From Nemertoderma westbladi (taxonomy: Eukaryota; Animalia; Xenacoelomorpha): a stretch of DNA of 52,104 bases. The notes under the pieces were generated by a model that did no database searches, was not told the DNA's origin, and saw only the letters and a list, made by a program, of their open reading frames with translations. The translations under genes were made by a program, and so were the position numbers. Below, one piece after another: positions 1-12,383 of this stretch. The stretch spans positions 1-52,104 of the forward strand of contig JAUCBJ010003655.1 of the NCBI GenBank assembly GCA_032718475.1. Reading direction: 5' to 3'. Numbering within the stretch: position 1 is the stretch's first letter; every line of letters starts with the position of its first letter.

Positions 1-419
1 TTTTTGAGAATGCAAACAAATTTTAAAAAATTTGCTATACACTGTAAACTATATACTTTTGGATTTCGTTTATTGTTTTGGTTATAGCCTTCCACTGTAA
101 CCAATCTGTTTCCTTTCCATCAACTGGTAATTAACAGTAATTAGCGTAAATAATGATCAAAGGAGCAGTGCACGCTATTTCTAACCAAACTCTAACTAAT
201 GTCATTAGAACAGTTTCTGGTTACAGGTTACAGTACATGCCAAATTACATAATATTAAATTACTTAATATTTATGTAACTGTAAACTGTTATAATATCAT
301 TAATATTTTGGCCATTAATATATTCTGCAAGAGTAAACCTGAAATATCAATGTTTTCATATTTTTTACATAATTTCAAAAATATTTGACCAATAAATATT
401 TGACCTTCTTACATTCTGT

Positions 420-854
420 TGGTAGCTAATTTTTGTTTTTTTTTAATGGCTAGTACTTTTCTAGCTATTAAAAAAAATATTGAAAAAAATTCTTACATTA
501 TTGAGTCATGTGGTAGCTAGTATTTTTATACAGTACAATAATAGTATACTAGCTAGTGTTTTTTTTATTTGGTTTCTCATAATCTATTATATTCATATCT
601 ATTCTAGAATATCTTGATGCTATGAAAATTACGCCTAACTTTTTACATAGATTTTTTTTTTCGAAAATAACTTTTTTTCTAGCTAGTAAATACAGTAGTA
701 CTAGCTAGTAAAAAAATTAGAAAACTAGCTATTATCTGAATGTCAGAAGGTCAAATAATAGTTCTGGAAGAAAAAAACGTCATGATAAAATCCATTTTCA
801 TAGTAAAAAAAATTGTCAAAAAGTGGGTACCCACACCCAGGCCATACTAATGCC
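420..854. mobile_element. Right-end fragment of the GG-terminal MITE family also seen at 3181-4388
   Basis: aaaaagtgggtaccca...catactaatgcc (ending 854) resembles the right TIR at 4360-4388 and has the same ctagcta-rich interior; left boundary uncertain. Confidence 0.5.
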
Positions 855-949
855 AAATAAACATCCAACAAACTCAATTTAACTGTATTTTCCATTAGAA
901 AATTTAGATTACTCATGTGCACGTATCGTATATGACTCTCCTTTTCCAT

Positions 950-3142
950 TTAAATTACCCGCACCCATGTTGCTATCCTTTGTTTTTTTATTTCGTCAAA
1001 TCGGAACCGAAATTGAACGGTTTTCCTTCCTAACGTTCTCTCTTCATTCTTAATTTTTTCAATCATTTCATGATTCACTAATATTGCGTAACATCGGCAC
1101 AGTTCCTTCTCATCAATTATCGGAATTATGGATGCGTAATATTCTGCGTCATAATTGAGTAAGGTACTACAGTACATGCCAGTATATATTCTTTCCTCAT
1201 GCAAGTTATGGGCATCTTCAATATTGTGTGGTTTGTTTTCTTCAATACTATTTGTGTTCCTGTTAACCATCCGTGCGGCCCTGCATTTAAAGTCACCCTC
1301 CACAGTAACCACTAAGGCTTCTGCTTCTCTGATCTGTAAATAATAAGCATGGATCTGGAATCTAACCAAATCATCATGATTCAGCTTCTTTTGGTGTCCA
1401 TTAATGTGCATGTTAGAAGGCACAGTTAAGAAAGAATAACAACGGCAAAGTGGCAATTCGCTAATTATTGGTACAGTAAACCAATAACTATTATTCGAAA
1501 CTAATTGCACTTGTCCTTTGTATGTTTTACCATCCTCTATCATATCATACTTATCTGTTTGCCTTTGCACACGTTTGCTTTCTCCATCTTGATTAAGGTT
1601 AATCTTTTTAGCTATCTCGCATGAATCATCATCCTCTATTGAAACACATGTGGCATACCGATAACCATTTGGATTATTATAACTATACTGGAATAGAAGC
1701 TTTCTGTCTTGAATAGACTGGATCCTGCGTCTATTACTAACATGGATGTTACTTTCACGTAAGTATATTGTGTGGCAATCACAAAGTTCCATATTATTGT
1801 TTTTGTCGAATGGAACTATATACCCATGTTTATCTTCATAATTATAGTATATACAACGGCCGGTATAAGTTATGGTCTCCTCTATGTTTGGAAGTTTATA
1901 TCTATCTGGGCCGCAATAATTACATCCTGGAACACTAACCCATGTTGCTCTATAAGCAATTTTATCATTTCTATCTTTTCTAATTTCGCATTGAAATATA
2001 ACAGCGTCACCCTCCTTCAGAATCTTCTTGTATCCATTAATATGGATTTTTGACTGAAGAAAACGCACATCTATCTTACCGATATCCGATTCTATGTACC
2101 CATATTGTTCGACAACATTAAAATAATTACACCATCCATGGTATGTTTTGTTCTCTTCCAATATATCTCTCTGTGGTGGACCCCATTGACTTGGTGGAAC
2201 TTCTGTTTGCATAATAAGAGCGTTTGGGTGTATTTGGGTGGGGGTTTGAAGTCCCGGTTGGATAGTGTTAGGGTATATTGACAACAAGGCCCTCGGTTGC
2301 ATATGGAGAGATGAAAAAACCCCCGGTGGCTTATATGAAAGGGGGAGATATAATCCCTCCTGGTTGCATATAGGTAGTTGGAAGCTCCCCCTGTAGCATG
2401 ACTGGAGTTGGGGCTCATGAGATTGCATGAGAGGAGTTGGAGGCTCTCGTGGTTGAATAACTGGTGTTTGAAGCCATCCCGATTGCATGCTGGGAGATAG
2501 AAGCCCACCTGGAAGTGTACAGGGAGCTGGTGGCTCTCGCTCTCTTGGTTGCATATATGGGGTTGGGAGCCTTCCTTGTGGCATGATGGGAGATAGAAGC
2601 CCTTCTGGTTGTATATAGGTAGTTGGACGCTCTTCCGGTTGCATAGCGGGAGTTGGAAGCCATCCTGATTGTATGAGGGGAGTTGGAAGCCATCCTGATT
2701 GTATGAGGGGAGTTGGAGGCTCTCGTGGTTGTATAAGGGGAGCTGGTGGCACTCGCTCTCTTGGTTGCATGTATGGGGTTAGTAGCCCTGCTGGTTGTAT
2801 ATAGGTAGTTGGATGCTCTGCTGGTTGTATAAGGGGAGTTGGAAGCCATCCTGATTGCATGAGGGGAGTTGGAGACTCTCCTGGTTGTATAAGGGAAGCT
2901 GGTGGCCCTCGCTCTCTTGGTTGCATGTATGGGGTTAGTAGCCCTGCTGGTTGTATATAGCTAGTTAGAGGCTCTGTTGGTTGCATAAGGGGAGTTAGAA
3001 GGCCTCCCCGTTGCATATAGGGATTATGATGCTGTTCCGGTTGCATAGGGGGACCTGATGGCTCTCGCTCTCTTGGTTGCATATATGGGATTGGGGGGCC
3101 TCCTGGTTGCAAAAGGGGAATTTGATGCACTTTTCTTGGCAT
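950..3142 (-). CDS. Intronless protein: N-terminal Pro/Gln-rich ~10-12 aa repeats plus about four tandem cold-shock (OB-fold)-like domains; putative nucleic-acid-binding protein (copy A)
   Basis: 730-aa ORF. The first domain YHGWCNYFNVVEQYGYI...KKILKEGDAVIF...AYRATWV fits the CSD consensus; three further repeats share Y-x-G...V-x-F...A-x-x-V. Close paralog at 41094. Confidence 0.8.
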   Translation of the reverse strand: MPRKVHQIPLLQPGGPPIPYMQPREREPSGPPMQPEQHHNPYMQRGGLLTPLMQPTEPLTSYIQPAGLLTPYMQPRERGPPASLIQPGESPTPLMQSGWLPTPLIQPAEHPTTYIQPAGLLTPYMQPRERVPPAPLIQPREPPTPLIQSGWLPTPLIQSGWLPTPAMQPEERPTTYIQPEGLLSPIMPQGRLPTPYMQPREREPPAPCTLPGGLLSPSMQSGWLQTPVIQPREPPTPLMQSHEPQLQSCYRGSFQLPICNQEGLYLPLSYKPPGVFSSLHMQPRALLSIYPNTIQPGLQTPTQIHPNALIMQTEVPPSQWGPPQRDILEENKTYHGWCNYFNVVEQYGYIESDIGKIDVRFLQSKIHINGYKKILKEGDAVIFQCEIRKDRNDKIAYRATWVSVPGCNYCGPDRYKLPNIEETITYTGRCIYYNYEDKHGYIVPFDKNNNMELCDCHTIYLRESNIHVSNRRRIQSIQDRKLLFQYSYNNPNGYRYATCVSIEDDDSCEIAKKINLNQDGESKRVQRQTDKYDMIEDGKTYKGQVQLVSNNSYWFTVPIISELPLCRCYSFLTVPSNMHINGHQKKLNHDDLVRFQIHAYYLQIREAEALVVTVEGDFKCRAARMVNRNTNSIEENKPHNIEDAHNLHEERIYTGMYCSTLLNYDAEYYASIIPIIDEKELCRCYAILVNHEMIEKIKNEERTLGRKTVQFRFRFDEIKKQRIATWVRVI

Positions 3143-3180
3143 AATAATGACAATGTCTTGTAGGACGTAGCACTGGCGAG

Positions 3181-4388
3181 GGCACTACTATGTTTTGGGT
3201 ACCCACTTTTTAAACAAATTTTTTCATATGAAAATGGCTTTTATCATGAGGTTTTTTGTTCTAGAACAAATATTGAACTTTCTGCCAGTACGATGGTAGC
3301 TAGTAATTTTGATTTTGTGTTAGCTAGTACTTTTTATAAGCTATTGAAAAAATTATAATTGAAAAATTGAAAAAAAATTTGACCAACTTTTTTCTTGTAA
3401 AAATGTATTTTATTATGAGGTTTTTTTATCTATAAAAAATATTTGACCTTCTTGACAGTAAGATGGTAGCTAGTACTTTTGATTTTGTGTTAGCTAGTAC
3501 TATTCATTAGCTAGTAAATGTAAGATATACCTGTAATTTAATTCTCAATTATATATTTGCATGGAATAATTTATGAGTCATGGTGTAGCTGGTAATTTTT
3601 ATTTGATAGTCAAAGTAGCTAGTAATTATTCACAAGCTAGTTTTTTATATCTTATACAAAATATAGGCAGATGTCAAAATATAGTTTTTACTTATTTTTT
3701 ATTATTATTACTTATTTATTTAGGCCTATTTTACTTATTACTAGATTTATTTATTTTTTTATTAATTGCGAGAATAAATATGGGTATATGATATGGAAAT
3801 TGTCTAAATAAAAGGGGCACTACAAAATTTCTTTTGTAATTTTAAGATCACTAGCTACCTTTAAAAGCACTACCGGTAGCTACCATAATAAAATATAATA
3901 GCTAACCTCTCTCAGAAGGTGAAAAAATTTATGTTCTAGAACAAAAAACCATCTTGATATTATCCATTAACATGGTCCAAAATATTATTTTCTAATTTTA
4001 AGATCACTAGCTACCTTTAAAAACACTAGCTACTATAAATACTACTATTTTAAATACTACTAAACTACCGGTACTATTTTAATAAAAAATAATAGGTAAC
4101 CTCTCTCAGAAGGTGAAATTTATGTTCTAGAACGAAAAACATCATGATAATATCCAATAACATGGTAAAAAAATTGATCAAAAATTAGGTACCGGTACCA
4201 AAAATTTGGTTTTGTAATTTTAAAAACAGTAGCTACCAAAAGAAATCACTAGCTATCATAAAAAAAACAATAGCTAACGTCTAACAGAAGATGACATTAA
4301 TGTTCTAAAACAAAAAACCTCAAGATAATAGCCATTAACATTGTCAAATAAATGGTCAAAAAGTGGGTACCCATAACATAGTAGTACC
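3181..4388. mobile_element. Non-autonomous DNA transposon (MITE) with GG...CC termini and 8-bp TSD, Merlin/IS1595-like
   Basis: TIRs ggcactactatgttttgggtacccacttttt / aaaaagtgggtacccataacatagtagtacc; TSD ctggcgag at 3173-3180 and 4389-4396; the empty site is visible upstream of the paralog (~41059-41066). Confidence 0.85.
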
Positions 4389-4717
4389 CTGGCGAGTTAA
4401 TGTGATTCTGTTTGCATAAAGATTGTGCACCTGTGCTAAGAACGGTTGACTTTTGACAGCTTCTTTAAATCAAGCAGCGCATCTTTGAAGTTTGTGTCAA
4501 TTTCACAATTCCAGCCAGCTGACTGATTACGAACAGTAAATATTACTTAACTGAAACATAGGGTAGTTCTCTATTTAATGTATTCCTTATGTTTTAATGT
4601 GGTGTTTATAATATTTCTACACTACCATCAAATTAAAAACAAATGTATCTAAGAAAACTAAACTAATTTTAAATAGTTTATTAGTCTCCATAGATATTAT
4701 CTTGATCAATAATAAGT
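4389..4717 (-). promoter_or_regulatory. Upstream (promoter/5'UTR) region shared with the paralog's upstream region
   Basis: Inverted homology to 40690-41066, e.g. aatttcacaattccagccagctgact vs agtcagctggctggaattgtgaaatt. Confidence 0.55.
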
Positions 4718-5172
4718 ATCAATATACAGTACATCATGACCCGTAATATAGTGTCATTTTCTAATGACACGGACCCCCCCCCCCCCCCAGATTTTTCTAC
4801 AAATCTGTATCATATTGCTTGAAATTTTAAACACAACTAGTTCAACTCACCGTCGTTGTTACCATGAAGCCGGAATTTTCGATTTCGTCTTTAAATTTTT
4901 TTATAAGCGTTTTAAAAAAGTGTCTTTTGCGAAATCGCACCCTCCGTATCGTGGCCATTCTTCACGTTAGTCGTACTTTTTCCATATCATTAAACAGCTT
5001 GCGTTGCAAGGATTCAAAATATGTAACAATATCTGAATTTCGTTGAGAAACAGCTGAGATACAGGCGTTCAAAGATTGCAAGAATTATTGTTCGCTGCAT
5101 GCCATTTATTCTATTTAATAAATAGTATAGATAAATAGTAGACAGTACCGAACAACAAGAGTCCCACAAGAA

Positions 5173-6608
5173 ATGAAAACAAATAAGTTGGTGCCAGTTC
5201 CCAAGAAGGGCAACGTAACACTCTATGGTTCTTTTCGGGGAATCTCATTGATCTCGATTGCTGCAAAGCTATACAATATAATTCTATTAAATCGCATCAC
5301 GGATCCCATTGAGAGACTGCTCCGTGGAAATCAGAATGGGTTCCGTAAAGGTCGTGGGACCATGGAGCCCATTTTGGCACTTAGAAGGATAATTGAAGAG
5401 TTATCAAAAAAGAAAGACAGGCATCTGGCTGTTATCTTTGTTGACTTCTTCAAGGCCTTTGATTCAGTCTCTTGCTCACGTATGTTCAGCATACTTTCAT
5501 TATATGGGATTCCTGATGAAATTATTGCAGCAATCAGATCAGTATACGATGGTTCGACAACATTTGTGTCTACTGTTGACGGTGACACAGAACCATTTGA
5601 AGTGTTATGGGGCGTCCTCCAAGGAGACACACTTGCACCATTCTTGTTCATAATTGTGGTTGACTATGTTCTACGCATGTCCTTAGATCATTATAATGAT
5701 GATGGGGTGATGATAACTCCAACTACTGGCTCCAGAAGTCGAGGAAATCCTGCCAAGTACCTAACTGATCTAGACTTTGCTGATGACTTAGGAGTACTCT
5801 CAGAATCATTAGAGGGAGCCCAACGGCTCCTCAGCTCATTAGAACATGCTGCTTCTAGTGTTGGTCTTTATATTAACTCCAGAAACACCAAAATTCTGAC
5901 AGTTAACTTTGAAAGTCCTCAGCAAGTCTCTGATCGGATGAGCATAAGCTCAAAGGATGGTATGCTTGAGCATGTGGACGACTTCTGTTACCTGGGATCA
6001 TGGATCCAGAAGTCAGGTGAGGACCTTCGAATACATAAGGGAAAGGCATGGGCAGCCTTGAATAGGCTTTCCAGGATTTGGAAGTCACCGAGAATTAATC
6101 GGAAACTTAAGGTCCGATTATTTAGAGCAGCAGTAGTTCCAGTACTCCTCTATGGGAGTCCATGCTGGGCTCTAACTGCTGAGGACACCAAATCTCTGGA
6201 TGGCACATTCACAAGAATGCTACGCCGGGTTCATTGTGTCAAGTACAATGCACACATCTCCAACCAGACACTATATAACATTGGAGGTGTCCCATTGGTT
6301 CCCCCAAGCTTGACACTAGAACAAAATCGCCTCCGCTTTGCAGGACATTGCTTTCGCCGTGAGGACCAGCCAGTGCATAATCTTGTACTTTGGCAGCCTC
6401 ATGGAGTGTATAAGCATGGTGGACAGCCCATGACTTTCTTGAGACGCATCTTAAAGGACACTGGCCTTGAAGATGCGGATGATCTAGCAAATGTCATGGG
6501 TGATAGGGGGTTGTGGCGGTGCAATTTTGTCGATAAGCCGGCACAGCATTCTTAAAAATGCAGCTGCAATGTAGCATGCCGATCCTAGTAGTAGTAGTAG
6601 TAGTAGTA
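5173..6608 (+). mobile_element. 5'-truncated RTE-clade non-LTR retrotransposon (RT ORF 5173-6555) with (TAG)n tail
   Basis: RT motifs FVDFFKAFDSV, GVLQGDTLAPFLF, LDFADD, FCYLGS; (tag)7 tail at 6586-6608; no endonuclease domain. Confidence 0.9.
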
Positions 6609-7711
6609 TCTAATAAATACACAAAATTCTAGAACGTGTTATTTATTATCTGTGGGAGTGTTTCCCCCCCCCCCCCCCCCCCCCCCCGCTGCTGTTACTT
6701 TCCTCTCCCAAGAGGTTTGACCTATAACCTCTATTGTGTGGTTCTCTTTGGGACCGTGTGTTGTCCCCGTTTATTGGGGGTGATACGAGGTTAATTGGGA
6801 ATTGACCTCGTATCCCCAATATTGCTAAAAGGCGCCACTTCCCAACTTTATGGGGGTTATGTGAGGCGGAATTGAATCCGCTCACACCTCGTGTCTACTC
6901 TCAGCAGGGACCTGCAGCAGATCCTGATGGTCACCTTACTGTATGTGTCAACATCGATGATCCCGACATACTGTAATGATGGACTCGATACTTAACACCC
7001 TACAAGTCCACCTGCAGTCAAAATGCACCATTGTGATAGATGGAATCCGATTCCATGACCGCAAACAGGGTCCTAATGAGTCCTTCGATGTGTACCGGAT
7101 TGCGCTCGAAGAAATTGCAGATGCTGTGGAACTCTGTGATCACTGCTGAAACTGTAAGATCATCACACAGATTTTGGTCAGAATCCACAGCTCCAAAACG
7201 AGCACAGAACTCCTCATGGGCTTTCCACAGCCCACATTGGATGACTGTGTGTGAATCGCACAAACAATGGAAGCAAGTGAGCGCATCGAATCGATTATCA
7301 GCAGGGGATGACAGACAGTACTAATAGACCTAAACTAGGAGCACAGTTCACCTCACACCACCCTTATCATTCTCGATTCAATATCAGTCTGTCAGTATGT
7401 CCTAACTCTGTAACTGCCCAAATGCATTAAAATTAATAAAAATATATATATCAATTAATACCAAAGTTGCTACCAGTGGGCCAGGTTGGAATTTATGTAG
7501 AATTATTACCACTATTATTATACCAGTCAGCCAGTATGTCTGTCTGTATGTTTAAAAAAATGTTCGCTCGCCTCGCTCGCGTTTTTGTCCAGCTCATATT
7601 CATTATTCAAATATCCCTACTACTGAATCTGTTTATTACAGTATTCACATAAGCCTACTGTATAACAGTAGGAAATAAGTCAACGTAAAAAGTAAGCAAA
7701 AAGTAGGCAAT

Positions 7712-7907
7712 GTAAAGGCTATTGTAACAGGTGGTCGCAGCGCATTGGTTATGGCTATAGCCAAACACATTGTGGAGGCAGGTGGTCAAGTCTGCCTCTA
7801 GGATTTCGCAGAAGGGGAAGATTCTCTTAAAAGTGACATTGCAAACCTCAATGAAGGCAAACCCAAACCTGTGGACTGCCTGTTTTGCACTCCCACACTG
7901 TGGTAGT
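7712..7907 (+). pseudogene. Short-chain dehydrogenase/reductase N-terminal (Rossmann) fragment with internal stop
   Basis: Manual translation VKAIVTGGRSALVMAIAKHIVEAGGQVCL*DF resembles the SDR pattern VTGGxxGxG...G..V...D. Confidence 0.5.
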
Positions 7908-7936
7908 ATGGATAAACCGACAGATTGAGCATTGAA

Positions 7937-7994
7937 CAGTCAGTCAGTCAGTCATGTCAATCAAGCAGCCATCTCTCTCTCTCTCTCTCTCTCT
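7937..7994. repeat. (CAGT)n and (CT)n microsatellites
   Basis: Direct reading. Confidence 0.8.
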
Positions 7995-8145
7995 ACCTCT
8001 CCCTGTGTGTGTAATGCTCCATGTGCTCTGTAGAATGTCTGCAGTGCACACAAGACACCACGTCCATATCATACCATAGGTTTGTAAGCTGTAACCGTTA
8101 TTTAAACCTGACCGCCAACTGTAGTAATTATATATAGAATTCATT

Positions 8146-10750
8146 ATGGTATCCTCGAACGAGGGTATATTTGTGACTTGTTATTTTCCTCCAACTACAA
8201 GTTTAACTGATTTTATAGATGGTGTTTTATATATTTTCGATGCTATTCCAATGAACTTTGATGGGTCTGTAACCATAGGTGGTGATTTTAATGCGAGACA
8301 AGATATTGAGCCTACTTCCAAAGCTCTGGCTCTTGAAATCCTGATGGAGGACTTCAATCTAGTTATGCAAAATGACCCATCTGAGCCAACATATGTTTGT
8401 AATGGATCGTCAGTAATCGATTTGATTTTTGCAAGTAAACAGTCAATCAATATAAGTGTAAGGCCTGATGACATTCGTAAACATTGTATTATTAGTTCAG
8501 TTTGGAAGCGGGAGACAGGAAGGCAGCCTACAAACGGGGCCCAATCTGTTCCTCATTCGCGTAAAGTAGATACTGATAAGCTTCTGCAAGATGGTCGACT
8601 AGAAACTATCAATGATTTTCTTATGGATAAGAACGTCGACGACGCCTACGACCTTTTAGTTGAATCCATCATCGACTCATCTCCTAAAATTACGGTAAAA
8701 AGTAAGTTCTCAAAGAGATGGTTTGATAAATAATGCTACGATAAGCGCAAAGATGTTTACTATTAAGCCATGCAGTCAAAAATGATTCATCATTACTAGA
8801 CCAGCTCCGCGTTCAAAAACAGCAGTACAAAGACCTTTTAAAATGTAAACAGAAGAGTTATTTGCTGCTAAAAGAAGAAAAGCTCATTCAAGAAGCCGAG
8901 GAGAAACCATATCTATGGGCTAAGAAGAAAAACCAAGAACAAAGTTGTCCAATTGATTTAAAGACTTGGGAAACACATTTTGAGAATATCTACAATCCCG
9001 AAGGTGAAACTTCATTAAGCAAAGATAGCGAAAGTGAAGCTGAGGCCGAATGTGTTGAAGAACCTCCCTTCTCTATGGAAGAGGTAGAAGAAATAATAAA
9101 GGGGAAACCAAGTAATAAATCGGGTGATCCAGATAAAGTATATTATGAGTCATTAAAATCGTCATTACCAGTAACTCTCCTTCTAGTGACAACTTTGTTA
9201 AATGTCTGTTTACAAACAGGTACCCTAGTAAATAAATGGAAGAACAGTGTAATTAAGGTATTATATAAAGACAAAGGCTCAAGATCGGATCCTGATTGCT
9301 ATCGTGGAATTGCACTTTTGTACAATATGTTTAAGATATTCACCAGTTTAGTAGAGAAGCGTTTGCGTTTACGAGTGTCTAATAAGCTCCCATCAGAACA
9401 ATATGGATTTATGCCGGGCAAGTCCACTATAATGGCATTAACCAAGTTCATTAACTTCTAAACTGTCTCGACCAAGATCGCCGCCATTGTATGCAGTTTA
9501 CGTTGACTTTCGTAAAGCTTTTGACAGTGTACCGCGTAAGTTACTTCTGTACAAGCTCTATTATCATTTCAATATTCGTGGAAGCCTCTACAGAATAATT
9601 AAAGCCATTTTGTCAACAAATTTTATTAGAATATATGATGGACTGCGGTTATCTAAGATTATAGCCCAGATACGGGGATTGGCACAGGGTGAATGTCTCA
9701 GTCCTTTATTGTTTGTGATTTTCATTTCTGATATTGTTGGTTTTGTTAGAGAAGCAGTACGGAAAATAGGCGAAGTTGTAATATTGCTGTTTGCTGATGA
9801 CCTTATATTTTACGCCCATACTAGAGAAGAAATTCAAGCCACATTAGACGCTCTTTGGGATTGGACACAAGCAAATGGTCTTGAAGTTAATTTGGATAAA
9901 ACTGCTATTATGAAGTTTCGACGAGGTGGGAAGTTGTGTCTAAACGATACATTTTACTTAAATGGAAAACTAGTCAAAATAGTAAATAACTACAAGTATC
10001 TTGGAATGATTTTTCAACCGTCCCTATCGTTTACCAAACATTGTGTTGCAGTCACTTGTAAATGTTTAAAAGCAATCCATTCCATACACGATCCGCACTT
10101 ATTGTCAGTATCGACAGCTATGCACTTATTTTCTATTAAGATTGTACTGGTCATAACATATGGTTTACGAGTAATATGGCCCCATTTGAAATCCAGTGAT
10201 ATGGAAACTTTAGATAAAATTAAAACAGTCTATCTGAAGAAGACTCTATCAGTTTCAAAATTTAGTAAAAATCGCCTAGTCTACGCATTGGCTCAGGAAC
10301 CTCCATTGACACTGGAGTTGGTGGACAAGTTAAATCTTCCACTCACAACAGAGTTTAATATCTATCACAGTAATATTAATGAAAAACTCGACGACATCCA
10401 AAGTGAATTTTGGTCTTTAGGACTCCACTCTGATCGAAGTTGGGCAAACTCGAACCAAAGGTCTCGACAAATTCTCTCACGTTTAGCAATGCACGGATAC
10501 CATCACCATATTTGCTCGACAGGGCGTTTTCACGAAGCCTCTAGTAGTTGCTGTTGTAGACTCTGTGGCGAGCCTGCGTCGCAGTACCATCTCATATCTT
10601 GTAGAGCGAACTCTAAAAGTTTATATTATTACAGCAATCTTAATTAATCGTGCGTAATCTCTTCGTAATACCATATGCATTAGGTGAAATTTTGTACCTT
10701 GTTTTTTACTGTACCAATATTTTTGGTTTAATAAATTATATTAAATTATA
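8146..10750 (+). mobile_element. Degenerate LINE ORF2 (partial AP endonuclease + RT + C-terminal Cys/His finger), broken by stops/frameshifts
   Basis: EN motifs IGGDFNAR and SVIDLIF; RT motifs YRGIALL, YVDFRKAFDSV, GLAQGECLSPLLF, LLFADD, YKYLG; C-terminal CRLCGEPASQYHLISC; aataaa near 10730. Confidence 0.9.
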
Positions 10751-10754
10751 AAGT

Positions 10755-12383
10755 TTTAACACCATACGTCAGTGGGACATCTTTTGGAGGGATTAAGTAA
10801 ATTGTATCTGATGACCCTGCAAAAAGGCTGTCTTAAAATCAATAACAACTGCCGACCAATCATCATCACTAGCAATTGACAACGCAATTCTCATTGAATA
10901 CTTAGTAACAGTTGGGGCGGCATAACCTAACACATCATCCGTATCCTCAAATCCCCTTGCTACTAAACACGCCTTAGGGTACTTAACCTCCCCATCACCT
11001 TTGTATGTCAACACCCACCGTGTCAAAATCACAGTAGAAGTAGATCGGATATCATCTCCATTTATTTCTTCAAAGGCATTATTGTCAACCCATGATCTAT
11101 ATTCCTTATATTTGACACTATCAAATTCTGTTGAGTCCTTCTCTTCCTTTGCTTTAACAAACATTGATACAAATCTATCTGGTTCAGTTCGCTGGCGTGT
11201 CGATCTTCTTAATGATTCCGAATTCCCAGGTTGAACAGTTGGTTTTCCTACTGAACCATGTACAAGATTATCAGCATCATTACCACCAACATCTGGTAAT
11301 TCGTCACTATTTTCGGATCATCATCATCTGACATGTCATTTTTGTTTTCTATCTGAATCATTTCAGTTTCAGGTTTTTCTTGTCCTATATTTCCTGGAAT
11401 CTCAACATTAAAGTCATAAGTATCTTGGCTGTTATTCTGCCTCAATTCATCTCGATGACAGCGTAACCTATGACCTACTACCATGTTTTACTAACACTTC
11501 AGTTCCATCTTGGCTAACAACACGCGGTGGACCACTCCACTGACGATTGTTACGATGTCGAAAATATACTGACTCACCTTCTATAAACCTCTGGCCCGCT
11601 TCTCGTGTGTTATATCTCAAAGCTCTGCGAATTCGTTCAGAGTTTTCCACCTGTGTGTATGCTATTCTTGTTTCCCTGAGACATCTAAGATGTTTTTCGA
11701 ATGTTGCCCCAACAGGTGCGGGTTCTAGAGGTCTTAAGTCGTCATTAATTGCTGAATTTATTCTAGGGTATTTACCGAATACTAATTGATAAGTAAAAAA
11801 TCCAGAATTGTTGTGGTTGCAGTTCTTAGCAAAGCAAGCCATGCGAAGAATCGAATCAATAGCTAAATCTTTCTCTTTCAAACTGACCTTATAGTATATC
11901 TCCTTTATTGTACCATTGTGTCTACAACACCATTAGAAAATGGGCAATAAGGCACTGTTGACAGATGTTCAATGTTTAAATAATCACACATTTCTGTGAA
12001 AGAAGCCGCATCAAACTCTCCACCGTTATTAGTCAATATGGCTCTTGAATTACCGAATAATGACATCCAGTTATCTAATATACAATGTTGTATTGTTGTG
12101 CTTTGCTTATCCTTTATTCTTAGAACCATACTGTAACGTGTATACATATCAATAATATGAATTGCCCAAAAATAACCACGCAGCTGGTATTTAATTTGGG
12201 TTAGATCAATGGCCAGCATTTCATTAAATTCATTCGCCATTATTGGTAGAGTATCTATCGGTTTTGGTTTCATTCGTTTGTAAATTTGACAACTTTCACA
12301 ATTTTCACTAATTTCAACAATATGATTTTTATCAAATGCCTGACCACTGTTGGTTAGCAATGAACCCAATTTTTCACATGTCG
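10755..12383 (-). mobile_element. Copia-type LTR retrotransposon remnant, 3' part (integrase and start of RT)
   Basis: Integrase CESCQ, LAIDL, IIDMYTRYS, TNNGGEF, PFSNGVV; RT start RWVLTYK...KACLVARGFE, DFKTAFLQG; INT before RT is the Copia order. Confidence 0.85.

Noticed and set aside
2092-2849. Alternative-frame ORFs overlapping the Pro/Gln repeat (also 41381-41850)
   Set aside because: Shadow ORFs of a repetitive coding tract
6646-7324. Short ORFs on both strands after the RTE tail
   Set aside because: No recognisable motifs; probably decayed repeat sequence
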